64,000 bases of DNA. It comes from a virus. The position numbers were made by a program, and so were the translations under genes. The notes under the pieces are model-generated. The model did no database searches, was not told the origin of the DNA, and saw nothing but the letters and a program-made list of their open reading frames with translations. Below are positions 1 through 10,200 of the stretch, piece by piece (within the stretch, counting starts at the first letter, position 1; each line of letters begins with the position of its first letter). The stretch lies in IMG/VR virus record IMGVR_UViG_3300046323_000234; one strand, given 5' to 3'.

Positions 1-1
1 T

Positions 2-544
2 GCTGACCAGTATTCACCAGCAGTTAGATCCAATGTGGATATTAAGAGTTATTATACCACAATTCTAAAGGGTATTAATAAAGTATTTGGTAGAGATTCA
101 TATAATCATAATATTAATGGTTATAATGTATTATCTAGGTATGAGAAAGCTGAAGCATTATATGGTAACGAATATAATTATGGAAATTCTAAATTATATA
201 GACCAAGTATTAAAAATATTTTTATTGATGATAAAATGAATGTGGGTTCTAAAATAGAAATATCTGGAACACCTATTAAGATTGGTCTTTATCTAAATGA
301 TGCACCAATCATTGAAAGAATTATTTACACAAGAAAATATAACCCATCTGTTAGATTCTCAAAAGAATTATACGATTTCGTATTGGATACCGTATCCGAT
401 ATTTCGGAAGACCTTAGAGCAAAGGATATTATATATCAGTTCAATGAACAATATAACCAATCCAATAAAGGTACATTAATCCCCACACAGATTGGTGAAT
501 TTAGCAGAGAGAAAAGATTAGAATTATTGAACAAAGTTTATTAA
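2..544 (+). CDS. hypothetical protein, 5'-truncated by the window edge
   Basis: The frame of ORF 35..544 is open back to position 2 (ADQYSPAVRSNV...); lies directly upstream of the helicase. Confidence 0.6.
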   Translation, partial: ADQYSPAVRSNVDIKSYYTTILKGINKVFGRDSYNHNINGYNVLSRYEKAEALYGNEYNYGNSKLYRPSIKNIFIDDKMNVGSKIEISGTPIKIGLYLNDAPIIERIIYTRKYNPSVRFSKELYDFVLDTVSDISEDLRAKDIIYQFNEQYNQSNKGTLIPTQIGEFSREKRLELLNKVY

Positions 545-616
545 AATTTATTTTTAATAAATCAATAATTTTTTAAAACATCTTCCTATTTATATTCACC
601 CTCTAACAAAAAAAAC

Positions 617-2098
617 GTGGACAACAAAAAAGACATCGGATATTTAGGCTCGTCATTTCAATTAAAATCAATATGGCAATTGCTTACAAACAATAAGTTT
701 GCATCAAAAGTTATTGATTTATTGGAATCGAGCTATTATGATGACTCTAATTACAAACAACTGGTTATCTTTATTAAAGACTATTATCAAAAACATGAAG
801 TATTTGCTTCGATTAAAAATGATTCAATAGTTGAATACATTAATCATAAGTTTGGACAAAGAGATTTAAGCGAATCCGAAAAAATTCAAAAGGAAACATT
901 ATTAAAGATAATCGATAAGATTAGAGTTTATGACGAAAGAGTTTCCAGTGGTGATCTAAATGATGATAGTACAGTTGTTATAAAACAGATATTAGAATTT
1001 GTTAAACAACAAGTATATTATAATTTAGGTATTAAGATTATATCTGATGTGGAATTAGGTTCGTTCGGTGAAAAAACGATTGATTCTATTGATGACATGT
1101 CAAAAACTATCACCAAACTATCAGATAATTATGATGAAGGTGAGAATGTATTTGATGATATCGATAGTGTGCTTGATGATGATTTTAGAGAACCAGTAGC
1201 AACTGGAATAGGTAAATTGGATTTGCTAATGGGTGGTGGTTTAGGTAAGGGTGAGATTGGAATGATATTAGCACCATTAGGATCTGGAAAGACAACATTA
1301 TTAACAATGTTTGCTCAACATGCCCATAGAATGGGTAAAAACGTGTTGCAAATCTTCTTTGAAGACACCACTAAACAAATCAAAAGAAAGCATTTTACCA
1401 AAATATCTGGAATAAAGTTATCTGAAATCGAGCACAATAAAGAGTTTGTTAAAGAAACTGTTCAAAACTATTACAAAAATTGTGAATCTAAATTAGTGCT
1501 TAAAAAATTCTCTCAAGATGGAACAACAATTCCAAAAATGAGAAGATGGATATTGGATTATCAAAAAACAAATAACATTAAATTCGATATTATATTATTG
1601 GATTATATAGATGTTGTTGAATCACATAGAAAAAATGTCAATGGTGATACATTATCGGATGAACTACACGTATTTAGATGTTTCGAAGATTTGATTAGTG
1701 AGTTAGATATTCCAGGTTGGTCAGCTATTCAAGGCAATAGAGGCTCAATTGCTGCTGAAATCGTTGATACTGACAAGATGGGTGGAAACATCAAAAAAGC
1801 ACAAAAAACACACTTCTTGATGTCGGTTGCAAGACCATTAGCCCTAAAGAAATTAAAAAAGGCAAAGTTCTCAATACTTAAATCAAGATTTGGTGGTGAT
1901 GGTGAAATATTTGATGACTCAACATTTGACCATGATAAAATGTTTGTTGAATTCGATAAAAAACCAGAAGAACCAGAAGAAGATAGACGTACTTATAATA
2001 AAAAAAGTACAATAAAAAATCTGGAAAAAATGGTCAATGATAATAATGACGAAAATCCATTTGATGTTAAATTAATTGCTGAATTGTTGGGTGAATAA
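617..2098 (+). CDS. replicative DNA helicase, DnaB / T4 gp41-like
   Basis: VATGIGKLD, Walker A APLGSGKT, FFED, Walker B ILLDYID, Q-x-NR, KSRFG arginine finger. Confidence 0.92.
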   Translation: MDNKKDIGYLGSSFQLKSIWQLLTNNKFASKVIDLLESSYYDDSNYKQLVIFIKDYYQKHEVFASIKNDSIVEYINHKFGQRDLSESEKIQKETLLKIIDKIRVYDERVSSGDLNDDSTVVIKQILEFVKQQVYYNLGIKIISDVELGSFGEKTIDSIDDMSKTITKLSDNYDEGENVFDDIDSVLDDDFREPVATGIGKLDLLMGGGLGKGEIGMILAPLGSGKTTLLTMFAQHAHRMGKNVLQIFFEDTTKQIKRKHFTKISGIKLSEIEHNKEFVKETVQNYYKNCESKLVLKKFSQDGTTIPKMRRWILDYQKTNNIKFDIILLDYIDVVESHRKNVNGDTLSDELHVFRCFEDLISELDIPGWSAIQGNRGSIAAEIVDTDKMGGNIKKAQKTHFLMSVARPLALKKLKKAKFSILKSRFGGDGEIFDDSTFDHDKMFVEFDKKPEEPEEDRRTYNKKSTIKNLEKMVNDNNDENPFDVKLIAELLGE

Positions 2099-2159
2099 TA
2101 AACGTTTTTGGATTGGGGTAAAATAAATAAGGTTTTAAAAAGTAATAAGTATATAATAT

Positions 2160-4466
2160 ATGGGTAATAATATATTCGTAAAAAAAAGATCAGACGAAAG
2201 GGAATTATTGAATTTTGAAAAAATAAATAAAGTTTTATTGTGGGCAACTGAAAATATTGCAGGTGTTTCAGCATCGGATGTGGCAATGAATGCACATTTA
2301 CAAATATTTGATGGGATAACAACAAAACAAATTCATGAAATATTAGTAAGATCAGCATCGGATTTGATTAGTGAAAAAACACCAAATTATCAATATGTTG
2401 CTGGTAATCTATTAAATTATTTAATAAGAAAGGATATATTTGATGCATCAAATAATCTACCATCACTATATGATGTTATAGTAAATAATGTTGATTTGGG
2501 TGTTTATGATAAATTAGTTTTAGAAAAATATAGTAAAAACGATATTGATGATTTGGATAAATTAATTAAACACGATAGAGATTATAATTTTACATATGCT
2601 GGTATTCAACAATTAGTTGATAAATATCTATTAAAAGATAGAAAAACTAATAGACTGTATGAAACACCACAATATGCATATATGCTAATCGCAATGACCG
2701 TGTTTGCTGATTCAACTGATAGGTTTAGATTGGTTAAAGAAGCATATAATCAATTTTCAACACATAAAATTTCATTACCAACACCAATTATGTCTGGTGT
2801 GAGAACACCGAATAGACAATGGTCATCATGCACATTAATTGATGTTGGTGACTCATTAGATTCAATATTTCATAGTAATAGTGCTGTTGGGTATTATACA
2901 TCTAAAAGAGCTGGTATTGGATTAAATATGGGTAGAGTTAGAGCAATGGGTGATACTATTAGGGGTGGTGAGGTTGTTCACACTGGTGTTATACCATTTC
3001 TTAGAATGTTTCAATCAACAACTAAATCATGTACGCAAAATGGAATCAGGGGTGGGCATTCCACCACGCATTTTCCATTTTGGCATAGAGAAATTGAAGA
3101 TATTCTAGTGTTAAAAAATAATAAGGGAACTGACGATAATAGGGTTAGGCATATGGATTACTCAATCCAAATGAATAGACTTTTTTATAGAAGATTTATG
3201 CAAGGTGGTGATATCTCATTATTCTCACCAAATGATGTTCCAGATATGTATGAAGCATTTTTTCAATCCAATAATAAATTTGAAGAATTGTATGAAAAAT
3301 ATGAGAAAAATAAAAAAATAAAAAAACAAGTTGTTAAAGCTAGTGATTTATTTAATCAATTAGTGCAAGAACGAATTGGTACTGGTAGAATATATATAAT
3401 GAATGTTGATCATGCAAATGAACATAGTGCATTCAATGATAGTGTATATATGTCCAACCTTTGTCAGGAGGTTTGTCTTCCAACTTCCCCAATAAATAAT
3501 GTTAATGAGGGTATTGATGGTAATGGTGAAATTGCATTATGTGTATTAGGTGCTGTTAATTTAGGTGTACTAAAAGATATTAAAGATTTAGAACTGACTA
3601 TGAATATTTTAGTTAGATGTTTAGATTTTATTATTGAAAATCAAGATTATCCAGTTGAAACAGCAAAAAAAATGTTATATAGAAGATCACTTGGTATCGG
3701 TATAACAAATTTTGCATATTGGCTTGCAAAAAATAATGTTAATTATGATACACCAGAGACATTACCATTGGTGGATGAATTAATGGAACATATTCAATAC
3801 TATGGTCTAAAAGCTTCTGTTGAATTGGCAAAAGAGTTTGGAAAGTGTGAATATTTTAATAAAACAAAATATAGTCTTGGAGTATTACCTATTGATACAT
3901 ATAATAAAAATGTTGATTCTATTGTTAATAGAGAACATTCATTAGATTGGGAAGAACTGCGTGATGAAATTAAAATTTTTGGACTAAGAAATAGTTGTAT
4001 ATCTGCTGTAATGCCATGTGAATCAAGTAGTTTAATAACTAATTCTACCAATGGTATTGAACCAATACGTGATTTTGTAACAACAAAAAAATCGAAACAA
4101 GGTTTAATAAGAATGGTTGTCCCAGAAATTGGAAAATTAAAAAATAAGTATCAACTTGCATTTGATTTGAATGATAATAGAGGTATAACAAATATTCAAG
4201 CTGTGATAACAAAATGGATTGATCAAGCAATATCTGGAAATCATTATTACGATATTACAAAATTTGAAAATAATGAAATACCTATGAGTACTGTGGTTAA
4301 AGATATTATGTATGCATATAAGATGGGTGTGAAAACACTATACTATGCTAATACAAATGATGATAAAAATGATGAATTTACACAAAAAAATAATGAAAAA
4401 AATAAACAATCAGAATTAATTGAAGAAACTATTGATGGTTGTATAGATGGCGCATGTACAATTTAA
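2160..4466 (+). CDS. nrdA: class Ia ribonucleotide reductase alpha subunit (E. coli/T4 type)
   Basis: N-terminal ATP cone (VKKRSD...KI), PTPIM, SSC, QNGIRGG, SNLCQE, KTLYY, C-terminal CIDGAC redox pair. Confidence 0.97.
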   Translation: MGNNIFVKKRSDERELLNFEKINKVLLWATENIAGVSASDVAMNAHLQIFDGITTKQIHEILVRSASDLISEKTPNYQYVAGNLLNYLIRKDIFDASNNLPSLYDVIVNNVDLGVYDKLVLEKYSKNDIDDLDKLIKHDRDYNFTYAGIQQLVDKYLLKDRKTNRLYETPQYAYMLIAMTVFADSTDRFRLVKEAYNQFSTHKISLPTPIMSGVRTPNRQWSSCTLIDVGDSLDSIFHSNSAVGYYTSKRAGIGLNMGRVRAMGDTIRGGEVVHTGVIPFLRMFQSTTKSCTQNGIRGGHSTTHFPFWHREIEDILVLKNNKGTDDNRVRHMDYSIQMNRLFYRRFMQGGDISLFSPNDVPDMYEAFFQSNNKFEELYEKYEKNKKIKKQVVKASDLFNQLVQERIGTGRIYIMNVDHANEHSAFNDSVYMSNLCQEVCLPTSPINNVNEGIDGNGEIALCVLGAVNLGVLKDIKDLELTMNILVRCLDFIIENQDYPVETAKKMLYRRSLGIGITNFAYWLAKNNVNYDTPETLPLVDELMEHIQYYGLKASVELAKEFGKCEYFNKTKYSLGVLPIDTYNKNVDSIVNREHSLDWEELRDEIKIFGLRNSCISAVMPCESSSLITNSTNGIEPIRDFVTTKKSKQGLIRMVVPEIGKLKNKYQLAFDLNDNRGITNIQAVITKWIDQAISGNHYYDITKFENNEIPMSTVVKDIMYAYKMGVKTLYYANTNDDKNDEFTQKNNEKNKQSELIEETIDGCIDGACTI

Positions 4467-4478
4467 TTTTAAATAAAA

Positions 4479-5555
4479 ATGGAAAATAAAACAATTATTA
4501 ATTTAGATTTGGTTGACTATAAAAAAGAACCAATATTTTTCGGTAAAGGATTAAATATTCAAAGATATGATGATCCAAAATATCCAGTATTTTTTGAATT
4601 TTTTAAAAAACAACTTGGATTTTTTTGGAGGCCAGAAGAAGTAGATGTTTCTAAAGATAGAAATGATTTTAACATATTAACTGAACAAGAAAAATTTATT
4701 TTTACACAAAATTTATCTTATCAAATTTTATTAGATAGTGTTCAATCCAGAGGTATTGGATATTTATTGAATGATGTATCATCACCAGAGGTTGAAGCAT
4801 TTGCAAAATCATGGGAATTTTTTGAAACATTACATAGTTATTCATATACTTACATTATAAAAAATGTGTATTCAAATCCAACAATAGTTTTTGATAATAT
4901 TTTATTAGATAAAGAGGTTTTAAAAAGAACATCATCGGTAACACATTATTATGATAGTTTAATTAATTCCATACCTGAAGATAGTATAGATGAAAAAAAG
5001 AAAAAATTATACCTAACAATAATGTCTATTAATATATTAGAAGGTATTAGATTTTATGTTTCATTTGCTTGTTCATTTGCGTTTGCTGAAAATAAAAAAA
5101 TGGAGGGGAATGCTAAAATTATTGCTTTAATTGCTAGAGACGAAAATCTACATCTTGGTTTTACACAAACAATATTGAATTTATTTAGAAATGAATCCTC
5201 CGAAGGATTTCAACATATTGTTAAAGAATGTGAACCAATCGTAAAAAAAATGTTTGAAGATGCAGCAAAAGAAGAAATGGCATGGGCTGATTATCTTTTT
5301 GAAAATGGATCAATGCTTGGTTTAAATTCAGAAATTCTAAAAAAGTATATGAAATGGTTAACCAATAGAAGAATGAAAGATATTGGATTAGAACCAATTT
5401 TTGAAAAAACAATCAATCCAATAACATGGATTAACAATTGGATTTCATCAAAAGGCGTTCAGAACGCACCAATGGAAACTGCCATAGAGAGTTACATTAT
5501 TGGTTCATTTAAACAAGATTTAGATACTGCTGATTATAGTGAATTTGATTTTTAA
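4479..5555 (+). CDS. nrdB: class Ia ribonucleotide reductase beta subunit
   Basis: FFWRPEEV, LLDSVQ, ETLHSYSY, LEGIRFYVSF, RDENLH diiron and radical motifs. Confidence 0.97.
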   Translation: MENKTIINLDLVDYKKEPIFFGKGLNIQRYDDPKYPVFFEFFKKQLGFFWRPEEVDVSKDRNDFNILTEQEKFIFTQNLSYQILLDSVQSRGIGYLLNDVSSPEVEAFAKSWEFFETLHSYSYTYIIKNVYSNPTIVFDNILLDKEVLKRTSSVTHYYDSLINSIPEDSIDEKKKKLYLTIMSINILEGIRFYVSFACSFAFAENKKMEGNAKIIALIARDENLHLGFTQTILNLFRNESSEGFQHIVKECEPIVKKMFEDAAKEEMAWADYLFENGSMLGLNSEILKKYMKWLTNRRMKDIGLEPIFEKTINPITWINNWISSKGVQNAPMETAIESYIIGSFKQDLDTADYSEFDF

Positions 5556-5570
5556 AAAATAAAATAAATT

Positions 5571-5601
5571 AAAAGACCAGTTTAAAAGATTGGTCTTTTT
5601 T
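5571..5601 (+). terminator. intrinsic terminator after nrdB
   Basis: AAAAGACCAGT-loop-ATTGGTCTTTTTT hairpin with U tract. Confidence 0.75.
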
Positions 5602-5733
5602 ATTTTACTCGGCATTATTGTAATTAATAGTCAATAAAAATTTAGAAATTTACAAAAATTATAACAATAATAATGGGCATAATGCTATGAAATAATTTTT
5701 TCATAACTAATTATAATAAAAATATATTTAGTT

Positions 5734-7023
5734 ATGGAAAATAATAAAACATTTAAAATTAATAATCATGAAATTAGGACAACTAGAGGAATTAAAGATT
5801 TTTTTAGAAGAAATAATCCAGACAAGGTAACATTGAATATAGAAAATCATGAAATATGTTGCATATTTATGGGATATTATAATATTGTTGAATACAATAA
5901 AATGTATGAAACATTACTATTATATGCCGATGATATTAAAGGATCTAACATAAGAAAAACAATCCAAGAATTGGGTGATGATATCTTTTGTCCTAAAAGA
6001 TATTTACAATATATTGAATATAAGAAAATAAATCCACAGGATGTTAATTCTGATACATGTTATAAATTGAAATTTGGTGATAATTGGGAAGAAATTAAAA
6101 AATGTAATTTTAATAATAGAAAATCACCATACGACCCTGAATATATTTCAAAAAAATATAATATTTGTTTAGATGAGGCTATTAAATATGTTGAAAAATA
6201 TAAAAGTGATAAATCAACTTCGAAAGAAAATTTTATAAAAAAACATGGTGAAGATATTGGTGGTGAAATGTTCGATAAATTTCAAAAAACATCAAAACAT
6301 ACAAAAGAAAAATATATAGAAAAATATGGTGAATTAGATGGTATAGATAAATGGAATGAATATGTTAGAATTAAGAAAGTAACTAGTAAAAGATCAATTG
6401 ATTATTGGCTAAAGTTAACCAATAATGATTTTGAATATGCTGAAAAATTAAGATATGATCATCATATTAAAAATTTCAATACAGCATCAGTTAATTTTTG
6501 GATTAATAAAGGATTATCTGATGATGATGCAATAAAAAAAGTTAAAGAAATATATAATAAAAAACAATTATTTTTTGCGAGAGCCTCTAAAGAAAGTTTG
6601 AAATACTTAAATCCGTTAAAAGATATCTTCGAAAATTTAAATTATAGGGTATATCTAGGTATTGATAATTATCATGAATTTACCTTATATGATAAGCCTA
6701 ATAAAAAACTAAAATTTTATGATTTCACAGTACCAGAAATTAAATTAATAATTGAATATCATGGCGAAAAGTATCACCCTAATCCAAATAAATTAACAAA
6801 AGAAGAATGGGATAATTGGCAATGTTACAATTTTGATAGAAATAATAAAAATTATAGTAAAATAAATGCTAACGATAAATATGAAATTGATCAATATAAA
6901 AAAAATTTAGCAATTAATAATGATTATACATATATTGAACTTTGGAGTTCTGATTCATATGATATTAATATGGATAAGATTAATACATATCTAAAATCAA
7001 TCCAATCCAATATCCGTAATTAA
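5734..7023 (+). CDS. free-standing homing endonuclease, Hef-like / DUF559-type C-terminal nuclease
   Basis: Repeated KE.(F/Y)I.K(H/Y)GE..G...(F/W) helices; C-terminal FYDF...LIIEYHGEKYH...D..K..LA..N.Y....LW; adjacent to nrd genes. Confidence 0.7.
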   Translation: MENNKTFKINNHEIRTTRGIKDFFRRNNPDKVTLNIENHEICCIFMGYYNIVEYNKMYETLLLYADDIKGSNIRKTIQELGDDIFCPKRYLQYIEYKKINPQDVNSDTCYKLKFGDNWEEIKKCNFNNRKSPYDPEYISKKYNICLDEAIKYVEKYKSDKSTSKENFIKKHGEDIGGEMFDKFQKTSKHTKEKYIEKYGELDGIDKWNEYVRIKKVTSKRSIDYWLKLTNNDFEYAEKLRYDHHIKNFNTASVNFWINKGLSDDDAIKKVKEIYNKKQLFFARASKESLKYLNPLKDIFENLNYRVYLGIDNYHEFTLYDKPNKKLKFYDFTVPEIKLIIEYHGEKYHPNPNKLTKEEWDNWQCYNFDRNNKNYSKINANDKYEIDQYKKNLAINNDYTYIELWSSDSYDINMDKINTYLKSIQSNIRN

Positions 7024-7111
7024 AAATTTTGATATTGAGAATATTAAAACCGATGAGGGAATCACATGTTCATTGGATAATCCAGATGAATGTTTAATGT
7101 GTGGTTCATAA
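6995..7111 (+). pseudogene. orphan C-terminal tail of a second, different-subclass RNR alpha subunit
   Basis: Start-less frame NQSNPISVIKNFDIENIKTDEGITCSLDNPDECLMCGS*; CSLDNPDECLMCGS matches the eukaryote-like/Bacteroidota NrdA terminus. Confidence 0.7.
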
Positions 7112-7128
7112 TTCATACAACATAACAT

Positions 7129-7160
7129 AAAAAGCCAATCCAATCGGGTTGGCTTTTTTT
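7129..7160 (+). terminator. intrinsic terminator
   Basis: AAAGCCAATCC-aatc-GGGTTGGCTTTTTTT. Confidence 0.8.
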
Positions 7161-7193
7161 ATTTATATGCACATCACCACAACATTTTGTAAT

Positions 7194-7204
7194 AACTATT
7201 TATA
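7194..7204 (+). promoter_or_regulatory. conserved late-promoter-like motif AACTATTTATA (representative copy)
   Basis: Core CTATTTATA recurs 12-25 nt before start codons near 586, 7194, 11209, 16514, 19792, 25716, 27714, 28782, 29424, 32685, 34332, 35712, 41129, 46524, 50112, 54296, 55907, 57282, and on the minus strand at 62843-62853. Confidence 0.85.
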
Positions 7205-7224
7205 CTATATAAACAATATTATAA

Positions 7225-10200
7225 ATGGGTGGTAGAAAAATAACCATTAAGCAAATTGATGCGACATTAATTCCAGATGGAAAAATTGTAAAGGCTAGTG
7301 GTGGTACATTGGTATTTACAAGTGAAACAACTGGTGTTGTTGATGGTGACAAAGGTGATATAATAATATCAAATACTGGTCAGACTTATGTTATTGATCA
7401 AAAAGCTGTTACTTATGATAAGATTCAAGATACATTAAACACTAATATTCTAATAGGTAGATATGACCCTGCTGGTGGTGTATTACAAGAAATTATGATT
7501 GGTACTGGTTTGTTAATAACTGGTGACACATTGGTGTCAACTGCTGCATTTTTTGGTAGTGGTGGAACATCTGGTGAAATAAATACCGCAAGTAATTTAG
7601 GAACTGGTATTGGTTTATATAGTACAAAAGTTGGAAGTGATTTAAGATTTAAATCAATAATGGCTGGCCCAAATATAATTATATCTGGTAATAGCTCAAT
7701 GATTATAATTTCTGGCTCACCTAGTGGAGAAATTAATACTGCATCAAATGTTGGTACTGGTGTTGAATTGTTTAAACAAAAAAATGGATTTGATTTAGAA
7801 TTTAAAACAATATCAGGTACTCCAAATCAAATAACTGTTATAAGCGGAAGTAATTTGATTAGATTGGCTTTGCCACAGGATATTGCTATTACATCAAGTC
7901 CAACGTTTTTAAATGTAAATGCTGATAATATAGTTACCACAGGAAGTAATCAAACAATAAGTGGTGTAAAAACATTTGTTAATAATATTATTGCCAGTGC
8001 ATTAACATTAACAGTAACAACTGGAAAGCCACCGTTAGTAGTAAGTTCATCAACAATGGTTGTGAATCTAAATGCGGATTTAATTGATAGTATTCAAGGC
8101 GTGGATTTAGTTACTGGTGGTACAAATTTTGGTGGAGGTATAAGTCCTTTTACAACTAAAGTTGCAAAAGATTTATTATTTAGAGGTCTAACTGGTAGAA
8201 CGAATCAAATAATCATATCGGCTAGTACTTCGTTAATTACATTTAGTTTACCACAAGATATTGGTGGTACATCTGTACCACAATTTGGTGGATTAAATAT
8301 TTCAAATAATATAGTATCAAGTGCAATAACAGTAACGAATAGTGCTAGGTTGTTATATATAACTGGTACAACGAATCAAACATTAGTATTAACACCGAAT
8401 GGTGTTATATCAGCAACGACAATTGCCATTATTGCAAATACGAATATAATAACTGGTGGTACAAATTTTGGTGGAGGTATTGCTGTATATTCAGGTAATA
8501 ATGTTAATAATTTATTCTTTAGAACATTAACAGGTAGAACGAATCAAATAATTATTTCAGCTAGTACTAATTTGATTACATTTGCTTTACCACAAGATAT
8601 TGGTGGCACATCTGTACCACAATTTGGTGGATTAAATATAACAAATAATATAACAACTAGTGCAATAACAATTACAAATAGTGCAAGGTTATTATATATT
8701 ACTGGTACAACGAATCAAACATTAGTCATAACACCGAATGGTATCATATCGGCAACGACAATTATTGATAATGGTGAAGTAAATACTGCTAGTAATATAG
8801 GTGGTGGTGTTGGCGTGTTTTCTGATAAATCAGGTGTTGATTTAAGATTTAAAACTTTCAGCGGAACATCAAATCAAGTAATTATATCAGCTAGTACTGA
8901 TATGGTTATATTTAGATTACCACAAGATATAGCAACTACATCAAGTCCTACATTTAGGAATATAACAACAAGTGCTATAACAGTAACAAATAGTGCAAGA
9001 TTATTACACATTACTGGCACAACTGATCAAATACTGACTTTAACACCAAATGGCGTAGTATCAGCAACAACAATTGCCAATTATTATAATGAAATATTTC
9101 CAGAAGATGGTGCATCATCGAATGTAACAGTAACTGGTTGGACAAGGGTAGCAATGCGAACATCATCAAGTGGTAGAGGTCAATCTATTGTAACAATCTA
9201 TTCTAGGGGTGGTAATTCAGCAACAGCATCAGTTCAATTATATTGGGGAACTAGTAGTAGTTCATCATCTGCTGAATTAAGAATTGTTGGAGGGCATTTA
9301 AGAGTACAAGGTCTTGAAGATGATGGTGTAACACCAGTATTTAGAAGTGTACTAGAAAATACAGTTACATATCTAGAAATGGAAGTAATTTCAGTACCAA
9401 GAAGTTATTGGGCAAGAGTTAATAATGTTGGTTCAACATTATATCCAACAACACCACTAAACTTTGAATTATCACCATTAACTGGTACAACAGTTGCAGA
9501 GATACCATATACTGCATTATATGTAAAAGACTTTCAAGTTAATTTAGATGGTTCAGTATCATCAAGGAATTTTATTACAGCTAGTGGATTTACATCAACA
9601 GTACCAATTGGTACTGCACCTTTAGTTGTAAATTCATCTACATTGGTAAATAATTTAAATGTTCAATATTTTGATGGATTAGAAAGTAGTGATTATGTTA
9701 ACGTTAGTAGTCCACAATCAATAACAGGTGTTAAAACATTTAATAATGATATTATTGTAAATAAAAATATTATAACAAGTGCTATAACAGTAACGAATAG
9801 TGCAAGGTTATTATACATTACTGGTAATACCAATTTAGCATTAATATTAACACCGAATGGTGTTATATCGGCAACGACAATAAATACAAATAATAATATT
9901 GGTACAATCACTGGTGGAACTAATTTAGGTAGTAATTTTAACATATTTAGCGGTAATAGTGGTAATAATCTATTTTTTAGAACAATTATTGGCGGTGGTA
10001 ATATATCAATATCGGGTAATAATACAACAATTATTATATCTGGTTCATCTGGTGCTAGTGGTGAAGTAAATACAGCTAGTAATATAGGTAATGGTGTTGA
10101 TATATTTGCAAATAAATCAGGTGATGATTTAAGATTTAGAACATTAAGTGGAACACCTAATCAAATAAATATATTTAGTGGTACATCATTATTAACTTTT

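Noticed and set aside
5556-7111. Group I intron or intein joining the orphan RNR tail to nrdA or nrdB
   Set aside because: nrdA and nrdB are complete with their own stops, a terminator intervenes, and no intron core or intein motifs were recognisable
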